Assembly (NCBI GenBank): GCA_964435675.1
Contig: CAYTAW010000001.1
Coordinates: 1 to 39,909, forward strand
Source: an uncultured Bdellovibrionales bacterium
GTDB taxonomy: Bacteria; Bdellovibrionota_C; UBA2361; CAYTAW01
Direction: 5' to 3'
Length of the DNA: 39,909 nucleotides
Shown: piece after piece, positions 32,757-39,201 of the stretch
Layout of the letters: each line of letters begins with the position of its first letter
How positions within the stretch are numbered: the first letter of the stretch is position 1
Made by a program: the position numbers and the translations under genes
Notes under the pieces: model-generated
The model's input: only the letters and a program-made list of their open reading frames with translations
Databases searched by the model: none
Told to the model about the DNA's origin: nothing

Positions 32757-33050
32757 ATGTCGCACAACAAGGCCGTAGTAATCAACAGATGGTGGGCCGG
32801 TCTTTTTGCCTCGCTTGCCGCGACCAGCATGATCAGCGCATTCGGATTTGCGTGGAGCGCGAACAGCCAGCAGGCGGTGACACAATCAGAAGTGCAAATG
32901 CTAAAAGAGCAACAGCGCGCCATGCAAAACGTGCCCGAGCGCCTCGCGCGCGTAGAGGAAACCGTGCGCGGAACCGATAAAACGGTGGAATCCATAAACC
33001 GGAAATTAGACGTCATCATCCAATCCCAGATCGAGAGAAAACCCCGGTGA
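32757..33050 (+). CDS. N-terminal TM plus coiled-coil protein: i-spanin-like (or holin-like)
   Basis: WWAGLFASLAATSMISAFGFAW, then a heptad-like region. GTGA-coupled to the endolysin gene. Confidence 0.5.
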   Translation: MSHNKAVVINRWWAGLFASLAATSMISAFGFAWSANSQQAVTQSEVQMLKEQQRAMQNVPERLARVEETVRGTDKTVESINRKLDVIIQSQIERKPR

Positions 33051-33490
33051 GCGATGCATTCAGCTTTTCCGCCCCGAAGCGCCCTGTCAGCAAAGTGTTT
33101 ATTCATTGCTCGGCCAGCGACAACCCCGCGCATGACGATATATCGGTTATTCGGCAATGGCATATGCGCGACAACGGCTGGTCTGATGTCGGCTATCACT
33201 ATTTCGTTAAAAAGAATGGCGAGGTGCAGGCCGGCCGATCTCTGGAAGTAAGACCGGCGACACAGTTCCCATTCAACGCGGGAACGCTTGCTATATGCGT
33301 TTCGGGTTTGAAGGCGGATTCCTTCACGAAAGAGCAGTTCGCGTCCCTGCGGGCGGTTTGCGGGGCAATGCATGCGCAAATTCCCGCCGCCACCTTCCAC
33401 GGGCACTGCGAGGTCAACAAACACAAAACATGCCCGGTCTTTAATTACCGCGCCGTGCTCGGCCTTGATGCGAAGGGAAACATGCGATGA
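33047..33490 (+). CDS. Endolysin: N-acetylmuramoyl-L-alanine amidase (Amidase_2/PGRP, T7 lysozyme-like)
   Basis: VFIHCSAS ... WHMRDNGWSDVGYHYFVKKNGEVQAGR ... HGHCEV..KTCP matches the zinc-amidase signature. Confidence 0.85.
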   Translation: MSDAFSFSAPKRPVSKVFIHCSASDNPAHDDISVIRQWHMRDNGWSDVGYHYFVKKNGEVQAGRSLEVRPATQFPFNAGTLAICVSGLKADSFTKEQFASLRAVCGAMHAQIPAATFHGHCEVNKHKTCPVFNYRAVLGLDAKGNMR

Positions 33491-33711
33491 TAATCCACGA
33501 TCTCACACACACCGACGGCTCGCGTTCCGTCCTGATGCGTACCCCCTGCGGGTATGACCTGGTTGTCATGCGCACGCCCGAAGGTCAAATGAAACTGCGT
33601 GCCGAGTTCGAAAGACAGCCCGCCAATATCGTCAATACCAATCGGGGACTTTCCGGCGAGGGCGCCGTGGAGTTGGCCGATGTCATAAAGGAGATTTTCA
33701 CCCATGCTTAA
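33487..33711 (+). CDS. Hypothetical lysis-cassette protein (74 aa, no TM)
   Basis: ORF track; ATGA overlap with the amidase stop. Confidence 0.45.
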   Translation: MIIHDLTHTDGSRSVLMRTPCGYDLVVMRTPEGQMKLRAEFERQPANIVNTNRGLSGEGAVELADVIKEIFTHA

Positions 33712-33994
33712 CGAAGAAAAGACAATCAACCAGCTGCAATCCTCAACGGTTAAAGCCGCGCTGATTGCCATTGTGATCAATGTGCTGGCGCTGGTTACCG
33801 CGTTCACCGGTGTCGCCTTTGATATCGAGATGATCAAAACCGTCATGGAATTCGGCATCACAGCTATTGTGAACGCCGCATCGATATATCTGGGCTGGAA
33901 AGCCATCAAAGGCCGGATATTCGCCGAGAATAAAGTCGAGCCTCTCCCGTGGTTGGAAGCGGCAAAAACCCTCAAGAAAGGAAATGAACAATGA
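33704..33994 (+). CDS. Putative class II holin (two TM segments)
   Basis: AALIAIVINVLALVTAFTGVAF and FGITAIVNAASIYLGW, with a charged C-terminus. Confidence 0.6.
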   Translation: MLNEEKTINQLQSSTVKAALIAIVINVLALVTAFTGVAFDIEMIKTVMEFGITAIVNAASIYLGWKAIKGRIFAENKVEPLPWLEAAKTLKKGNEQ

Positions 33995-34308
33995 GCATAA
34001 TGAAAAAATTAGACGCACTATGGGACGCCGTGACCGAATGGTTCGAAAATATCGGCGAGGATATCCTTGATTTCGTGGCGCCGCTTGCCAAGGAGATCGC
34101 TAAAAACGGCGGTAAGTTGCTGCTTGAGGTGGCCCGCGAGGCTGTGCTTCTGGCCGAGGCGACCGGCGGCAGCGGACGGGATAAGTTCGAAGCGGCCCAG
34201 GCGCACATTAAAACCGCGCTCGAAGCCCGCGGGATCCCGGTTGTCCTCAACGCCGTTAACGGAGCGATCGAAGCGGCCGTTGCGAGATTGCACAATGAAG
34301 CTGCCTAG
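33991..34308 (+). CDS. LL-H-holin-family-like protein (soluble part only; no TM seen)
   Basis: GRDKFEAAQAHIKTALEARGIPVVLNAVNGAIEAAVARL resembles the C-terminal part of Phage_holin_6_1 proteins as I recall them. Confidence 0.4.
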   Translation: MSIMKKLDALWDAVTEWFENIGEDILDFVAPLAKEIAKNGGKLLLEVAREAVLLAEATGGSGRDKFEAAQAHIKTALEARGIPVVLNAVNGAIEAAVARLHNEAA

Positions 34309-34350
34309 TTTCTTTATCCGCTTCACTATCCCCGCTGAAAGGGCGACCGC

Positions 34351-34449
34351 ATGGTTAAAGCGCTGGTTGTCCTGATTCTGCTCAGCGGGTGTGCCTGCCG
34401 CGATATAAGCCCTATCTGCCCCGGCAGGATATGGGCGAACCCCGGCTAG
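34351..34449 (+). CDS. 32-aa lipoprotein, o-spanin-like candidate (below the ORF-track cutoff)
   Basis: MVKALVVLILLSGC (lipobox LSGC), then ACRDISPICPGRIWANPG with extra Cys. AAGGG lies upstream. Last ORF before the operon terminator. Confidence 0.4.
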   Translation: MVKALVVLILLSGCACRDISPICPGRIWANPG

Positions 34450-34492
34450 CCTTTACAATCTCACCGGATCGCCTTTACAATAGATCGATACG

Positions 34493-34527
34493 CCGCCCAT
34501 GCCCTAACGGGTGTGGGCGGTTTTTTT
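34493..34527 (+). terminator. Rho-independent terminator ending the late operon
   Basis: CCGCCCA (34493-34499) pairs with TGGGCGG (34514-34520), followed by TTTTTTT. Confidence 0.75.
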
Positions 34528-34539
34528 GCGCCCGAAATT

Positions 34540-34562
34540 CAGTCTGGCTATAGTCTGGCGAA
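34540..34562. repeat. Arm-type site candidate, copy 1: CAGTCTGGCTATAGTCTGGCGAA
   Basis: Perfect 23-bp direct repeat of 34761-34783. Each copy contains AGTCTGGC twice. Confidence 0.6.
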
Positions 34563-34653
34563 ATTATATCAAATTATGGGTAATTTTATACAATTCTGAC
34601 CAAATCATTTAAAATCGATCTCTCGCTGAGATAGGCTCACAGCCTAGAAGATA

Positions 34654-34702
34654 ATGGTGGCTCGGGAGGGATTTGAACCCCCGACCAAGGGATTATGATT
34701 CC
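34654..34702 (-). other. attP core: 3' 49 nt of a tRNA-Met-like (CAU anticodon) gene, not a complete tRNA
   Basis: The minus strand reads GGAATCATAATCCCTTGGTCGGGGGTTCAAATCCCTCCCGAGCCACCA. This covers the anticodon loop CAT, T-arm GGGGG/TTCAAAT/CCCTC, acceptor 3' strand and CCA. No D-arm or 5' acceptor strand lies beyond it. Confidence 0.7.
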
Positions 34703-34760
34703 TGCGGTTGATGGCGAATATATTTAATTATTCCGGCATGTTGCAAATCGGGGTTTTCTA

Positions 34761-34783
34761 CAGTCTGGCTATAGTCTGGCGAA
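34761..34783. repeat. Arm-type site candidate, copy 2: CAGTCTGGCTATAGTCTGGCGAA
   Basis: Identical to 34540-34562. It lies 7 nt from the integrase stop. Confidence 0.6.
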
Positions 34784-34789
34784 GCGCCG

Positions 34790-35902
34790 TTATTTTGCTA
34801 CTGAAACCTGCGTGATTCTTACCGGCATTTTATTCATCTGCTCGCGTAGCATGTCGAGGTTCGTGTGCGTGTAGCGCATGCTGGTTTGAATGTCGCTATG
34901 CGCAAGCGCTTCCTGAACCGCACGCTGGTCCCTGGTGACGCTGTAAAACCATGTCCCGAACGTGTGACGCATATCGTGAATACGGATCGGCTTTACTTTT
35001 GTCCTGATAAAAAGGTTCTTCCATGCGGTTTTGATGCTTTTGACCGGCCGGCGCTTCCCGCTCTTTTTAAATTCCTGCGCGCACACGCATTCCAATTCAT
35101 GCAGCCCATTGGCTGTGATGTATTGCATCAGAAAATCAGTGAGCGGAGTTTCGATATATTTATCCCCCTTCCCCACCGTCCACATGAACGGCACCGCCGC
35201 GTCGAGGTTGATCTGCTTTCTCCCGTTGAGAGTAAGCACATTGGTCATACGCCAGCCGGTGCTTAAGCTGATAACGATAAAATGCCGGATGTGCGGCGGC
35301 GCGGCATCCCATAACACCTGCGGCGTGTCGATCGCCAGGGTATTGTTTATGACGGTCGTTTCCTTTATTTTCAGGGACTCGAAATCAATCTCCTGAATTT
35401 TCACCCTCCACGACTTCCTCGCCCTGGTATGCATTGCCTGAAAAGCCGCCAAGCGGCGATTGATCGTGGCAACATTTGCGGTGCGCGGCTTTGCATTATC
35501 CCCCTTGGCGATCGGCACCATTTTCTTTTTTTTAGGGCTGTAAACCATTTTGCGGTATGTTTCAGTTCGGCAGTGCGCGACATACTGCTCGAGCTCGTTT
35601 TGCCCGATATCATGCAACCAAGTATCCCCGCCGAAATATTCGAGAACGTGGTTTATTTTTGGCTGTATCGACGTGTATGATGTTTTGAACTGCAGGTGCT
35701 CGATCTCATATTTTGCGAATCCCTGAGATAGAGTGAGGGCTTTCTTTTCTTCAATGCCGAGGATTATCTTCCGCCGTTCATTGGCGAGCCATGCTTCTGC
35801 ATCCGCGCGCTTATCAAGGCCCGTGCTTCCTCGATACGGAGTACCATTGATTGTGATTTTGTATTGGAAATACGGCGTACGCTTGGCTTTGAACACTCCC
35901 AT
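34790..35902 (-). CDS. int: Tyrosine integrase
   Basis: N-terminal KRTPYFQYKITINGTPYRGSTG; C-terminal IHDMRHTFGTWF and LAHSDIQTSMRYTH (H-x-x-R and catalytic Tyr). Confidence 0.9.
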   Translation of the reverse strand: MGVFKAKRTPYFQYKITINGTPYRGSTGLDKRADAEAWLANERRKIILGIEEKKALTLSQGFAKYEIEHLQFKTSYTSIQPKINHVLEYFGGDTWLHDIGQNELEQYVAHCRTETYRKMVYSPKKKKMVPIAKGDNAKPRTANVATINRRLAAFQAMHTRARKSWRVKIQEIDFESLKIKETTVINNTLAIDTPQVLWDAAPPHIRHFIVISLSTGWRMTNVLTLNGRKQINLDAAVPFMWTVGKGDKYIETPLTDFLMQYITANGLHELECVCAQEFKKSGKRRPVKSIKTAWKNLFIRTKVKPIRIHDMRHTFGTWFYSVTRDQRAVQEALAHSDIQTSMRYTHTNLDMLREQMNKMPVRITQVSVAK

Positions 35903-36096
35903 GGTTTAACTTCCTCCGGTTGTATGCGCCCGATCGCGTTCCAGTAATCCGACTCTTTATAGTAACGTCTTTTCTTATATGGATATTTCGGCAATCCCAA
36001 CCCGTCAATGAAAGATTTTGACCTATTGACTTTGCGGCATAAAGCGCTTTTTGATATCAGGTCGTCGATTGCGCGATCATGGGTTTGCGTGCTCAT
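35764..36096 (-). CDS. xis: Excisionase/AlpA-like HTH protein whose 3' 139 nt overlap the integrase start
   Basis: DLISKSALCRKVNRSKSFIDGLGLPKYPYKKRRYYKESDYWNAI resembles HTH_17/Xis proteins. ATGA-coupled upstream. Confidence 0.55.
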   Translation of the reverse strand: MSTQTHDRAIDDLISKSALCRKVNRSKSFIDGLGLPKYPYKKRRYYKESDYWNAIGRIQPEEVKPWECSKPSVRRISNTKSQSMVLRIEEARALISARMQKHGSPMNGGR

Positions 36097-36293
36097 GATT
36101 CACCGCCCTTTGCTTTGCTGCTCTTTTGCTTTTTTGGCGCCTTGATATCCGGCCACGGCTCATGAAAAAAGCTGTTTTTCCAGCCAATCCCGAAAACGTA
36201 ATGAATGTGATAACGCCGTCTGGTCCAGAATGTAAAATACACCTGCCTTCTGTTTACGATTAAATGCAACCTGCCTGGCATGGCGTAGTTCAT
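36093..36293 (-). CDS. Hypothetical protein (66 aa)
   Basis: ORF track; ATGA overlaps at both ends. Confidence 0.45.
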   Translation of the reverse strand: MNYAMPGRLHLIVNRRQVYFTFWTRRRYHIHYVFGIGWKNSFFHEPWPDIKAPKKQKSSKAKGGES

Positions 36294-36610
36294 TTGCTAC
36301 CGCCTTTGGATTCAGTTGTGTCGTCTTTGTCCTCTAGCCAAAAATAGGGCAGTAGCGGCTCACTGGCGCAATGGTGGCACAGAAGCATGTCTTTCTTGCC
36401 ATCGATAACTTTTGCCAAATCCTCATCCGGCCCCATGATGTTTGCTAGGAGGGCATTACCGCCAATCATCAATTCCATGCCGCGCGCTCGCTCAACAGCG
36501 CGGCGGTCAATGCCAAGGCGTTCGACAGTGATACGCATGAACAGTGGGATTCCAGCGTGCATAACGCCTTTCCCGCAAATCTGACATGGCTTAAAATCCT
36601 TATGTTTCAC
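36290..36610 (-). CDS. Hypothetical zinc-ribbon-like protein (CxxC ... CxxC)
   Basis: KPCQICGKG near the N-terminus and LLCHHCAS near the C-terminus. Confidence 0.55.
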   Translation of the reverse strand: MKHKDFKPCQICGKGVMHAGIPLFMRITVERLGIDRRAVERARGMELMIGGNALLANIMGPDEDLAKVIDGKKDMLLCHHCASEPLLPYFWLEDKDDTTESKGGSK

Positions 36611-36613
36611 TTG

Positions 36614-37009
36614 CTACCCCCCATCTTCTATTTTAAATAACGCTCTAGCGTGGTCATTTAGCTTGCCGCAAAGCCTCACCTCCCAATCGCTTTTAATGTC
36701 GATTCCCTGTCTGAGCGAATCAACAATGAAAGCCGTTTCCTTTAGTGAAAGGGATAGGGATTCCCGCTTTGTAGCTCTTGTGTTCCATAGGCTTATTGCC
36801 TCCTCACGAGTTTTCCCGGTGATTGAAATCAACAGTCGCGGCAAGCCACGATTGCTACACCAATGCTTAATATCAACGCTGATTGGTTCCCGTACCTTGC
36901 CATCCATAGTCGGTGAGTGATGATTTTCATGGATAGTGGTGACGGCTTCCTTCATTCCATCATTTCCGGCATCATCGCAAAACGGACACGGACTCAACTC
37001 GCTATGCAT
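36614..37009 (-). CDS. Lar-family (restriction alleviation)-like protein with a C-terminal extension
   Basis: Start at ATG 37009. MHSELSPCPFCDD ... REEAISLWNTRA matches the Lar pattern (CPFCG ... eAi.aWNtRa). About 60 extra residues follow. Confidence 0.55.
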   Translation of the reverse strand: MHSELSPCPFCDDAGNDGMKEAVTTIHENHHSPTMDGKVREPISVDIKHWCSNRGLPRLLISITGKTREEAISLWNTRATKRESLSLSLKETAFIVDSLRQGIDIKSDWEVRLCGKLNDHARALFKIEDGG

Positions 37010-37421
37010 AATTAAAATCCTCCTCAATTGCTCCGTGCGGCGTGTGGTCATTATCATAATACTCACGCCATGCTTCTTGATCGGCGACGCTTTCACCTGT
37101 CGGGTTGCCGTGTGCTTTGTTTTCCAGCATTAAGATGTAAGACCAGACGGTGAAGCTAAGACCGCCAGATTTTGTAAGGCGCTTATCGGCATGACTGTTG
37201 AAAGGCAACTCAACCGGTTGCTCGTTGTCCAAAGTCTGCTTTGGACTAGAATATTTGTCCAAAGTGGATGCCTTGGCGGCTTCGTAAAGCTGCATAAGCA
37301 CATCCTGAACATGCTCTAGGCTTTTTACTGCCGCCACACCTTGAAAACCATAGCCCTGCATTGCCCCTAATGCCGATGCCACATGAGCAGCTAACGCGCC
37401 GAAATCCACTTTACTCGACAT
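37002..37421 (-). CDS. Hypothetical protein (139 aa)
   Basis: ORF track; overlaps its neighbours by 8-11 nt within the coupled operon. Confidence 0.55.
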   Translation of the reverse strand: MSSKVDFGALAAHVASALGAMQGYGFQGVAAVKSLEHVQDVLMQLYEAAKASTLDKYSSPKQTLDNEQPVELPFNSHADKRLTKSGGLSFTVWSYILMLENKAHGNPTGESVADQEAWREYYDNDHTPHGAIEEDFNYA

Positions 37422-37998
37422 ACTTCACCCCCGCTGCGTCTAGGACGGCTTTTATGCCCCTTTCTACCGTTGCATTATTCCAGTGATAAGCCTCACATAC
37501 CTCCTTCAGCGATACCAACACCGGCTTGCATTGCCGCGTATTTGCCCAGGCTATCGCCGCACGAGCTACGCGCACCTCATTGGCTGTAAGCTCCCCCATA
37601 TGCAAGCGAAGTTCCTGCGCTGGCATATCTGGGTCAAGCAAGCAAATCTCACTAGCGCTGGCGGGGGATGGTTGCAACGCTGCATCGGCGGAAGTTTCCA
37701 CTCCTGCGCCCTCTTGCGAGGCATCCCCCATAATTGATTCTATGGCTACTTTGGCGTTATTTATCCATGGTTCTGCGGATGTTGACCCAAGACCCTTCAA
37801 TGTTTCGCTAGGGTGATACCAGGCATCACCCATGGTTTTCTTTTCATTTTCAAATAAAGCATCAGCCACTTGCCATACCACCTCCGGCGAGGCTAAATGG
37901 GCGCGGATGATGTTAATTACCTGTTCGCGGAGTACCAACCCCCACGACACAGCGCCGGGCATATTTTGTATTTTATTAATCAGCGATCTAGTTTCCAT
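37411..37998 (-). CDS. Hypothetical protein (195 aa)
   Basis: I prefer ATG 37998 (METRSLINK...). The track ORF starts at 38109, inside the upstream gene. Confidence 0.5.
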   Translation of the reverse strand: METRSLINKIQNMPGAVSWGLVLREQVINIIRAHLASPEVVWQVADALFENEKKTMGDAWYHPSETLKGLGSTSAEPWINNAKVAIESIMGDASQEGAGVETSADAALQPSPASASEICLLDPDMPAQELRLHMGELTANEVRVARAAIAWANTRQCKPVLVSLKEVCEAYHWNNATVERGIKAVLDAAGVKYVE

Positions 37999-38335
37999 AC
38001 GGCTTTCCCCCTTTGTGGATATCCAACGGTTCGCCAATATAAACTTGTGGATATTTGCGTTTCCCCTTTGGGTTAAACTGGTCGCCTGTGCAGTCGATAA
38101 CGCGACCATCGGGCATGACCAGATAAAGGTGATTCCAACGCCCTACGGTGCTTTCGTATACGGCAGTTTGAATGCCAGTAGCAAAGGATATGAATCCCTG
38201 CAAAGCCCATGTTACCATAGCGCATTTTCCCTTGCTGCTCATACGCGCCAACATTCCCTTGCGGAACTCACGGCAAAGCACTTTAAGCTGCTTATCATCC
38301 CAGCGGTTTCTGATGCTCGTATCGTTTGAAGTCAT
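37988..38335 (-). CDS. Hypothetical protein with a possible Cys-His-Asp (transglutaminase/papain-like) arrangement
   Basis: KGKCAMVTWAL ... GRWNHLYLVMPDGRVIDCTGDQF. RBS AAGGAA. Confidence 0.55.
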   Translation of the reverse strand: MTSNDTSIRNRWDDKQLKVLCREFRKGMLARMSSKGKCAMVTWALQGFISFATGIQTAVYESTVGRWNHLYLVMPDGRVIDCTGDQFNPKGKRKYPQVYIGEPLDIHKGGKPYGN

Positions 38336-38344
38336 GTTAATTCC

Positions 38345-38599
38345 TTAAAATGGTATATGTTCATCAATGCTATCAATCCCCAGAAAAATGCGCAGATGAT
38401 TATATTTCTGCTTTGCTTTTCTGATCGCTTTTATCCACAACGGGGTTGTTGCATCGCGCAGGAAACCAATCTCATTTATCATGGCGTAATAAAGCGGCTC
38501 CTTCGTTTCAGCATTAATCGCGGTTCCCGCCACAAATTCCAGATCGTCAAGCGCTCGATGCGCCTGTTTCCATTTCGGATTAACGGAGTTCTTGTTCAT
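38345..38599 (-). CDS. Hypothetical protein (84 aa)
   Basis: ORF track; ATGA overlap with the upstream small ORF. Confidence 0.5.
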   Translation of the reverse strand: MNKNSVNPKWKQAHRALDDLEFVAGTAINAETKEPLYYAMINEIGFLRDATTPLWIKAIRKAKQKYNHLRIFLGIDSIDEHIPF

Positions 38600-38745
38600 A
38601 CCCCACCCCCCTTCTCGCCACCCGGCACTTTACGCAACACCCCGTCAATGTACTTCCGCTGCGAGGTTAGCGGGGTTGTATCCCTTAGCTCTTTCAGGGC
38701 AGCCAGGACGGTTAGCAGGTGCGCTTTCGTTTCGTCGGGGGTCAT
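38596..38745 (-). CDS. 49-aa hypothetical protein (below the ORF-track cutoff)
   Basis: MTPDETKAHLLTVLAALKELRDTTPLTSQRKYIDGVLRKVPGGEKGGGV. ATGA overlaps with both neighbours. Confidence 0.45.
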   Translation of the reverse strand: MTPDETKAHLLTVLAALKELRDTTPLTSQRKYIDGVLRKVPGGEKGGGV

Positions 38746-39140
38746 GCTGCTCTCCTGACGCGCTCTGCATCATGCGAATAGACATCAAAAACACGCTTGG
38801 ATTCCATCATTCCCCACCCGTCGGGCGATAAAGCGTGGCGGCGATTTATGTGGTGAAACGTGATGATGAAAACAATGTGATTGCAATCACCTAACGTATA
38901 GCACCAGAATCGCGTATATCTATGCGGGTAATCGGTGGCCGTTTTATATTCGTCACTGAGGCGCTGGCTTTCTGTAGCTAGACCGTCAGCATAAGCCTTG
39001 ATCTTTTTTACAAACTCATCCGTAAAATATTTGTCTGATTCCTTGGTTAATTCATCGGCCACGTAATCCCACATCTGAGCTTCAAGCTTTTCCTCAAAGC
39101 GTTTTTCGGTATCGCCAAATCCTAATATGATGTTCATCAC
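38742..39140 (-). CDS. Hypothetical protein (132 aa)
   Basis: ORF track; strong RBS AAGGAG upstream of ATG 39140. Confidence 0.6.
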   Translation of the reverse strand: MMNIILGFGDTEKRFEEKLEAQMWDYVADELTKESDKYFTDEFVKKIKAYADGLATESQRLSDEYKTATDYPHRYTRFWCYTLGDCNHIVFIITFHHINRRHALSPDGWGMMESKRVFDVYSHDAERVRRAA

Positions 39141-39201
39141 TCACTCCTTTGTCTGTTGTTCTTGCCATTGTGTAAAACCATTACCTGCCTGCATTTACCA
39201 G

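Noticed and set aside
32567-33975. 285-aa (32567-33424) and 176-aa (33445-33975) minus-strand ORFs across the lysis cassette.
   Set aside because: They are antisense to the amidase (clear signature) and holin candidates, and would break an otherwise uniformly plus-strand late operon.
34631-34645. Small palindrome TAGGCT-cac-AGCCTA next to the tRNA fragment.
   Set aside because: It is only 6 bp per arm and occurs once. It could be a core-type site, but I cannot distinguish it from chance.
34654-34702. A complete tRNA-Met gene.
   Set aside because: Only the anticodon loop, variable region, T-arm and acceptor 3' strand are present. The sequence beyond 34702 has no D-arm or matching 5' acceptor strand (GGCTCGG...). 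It is an att core fragment.
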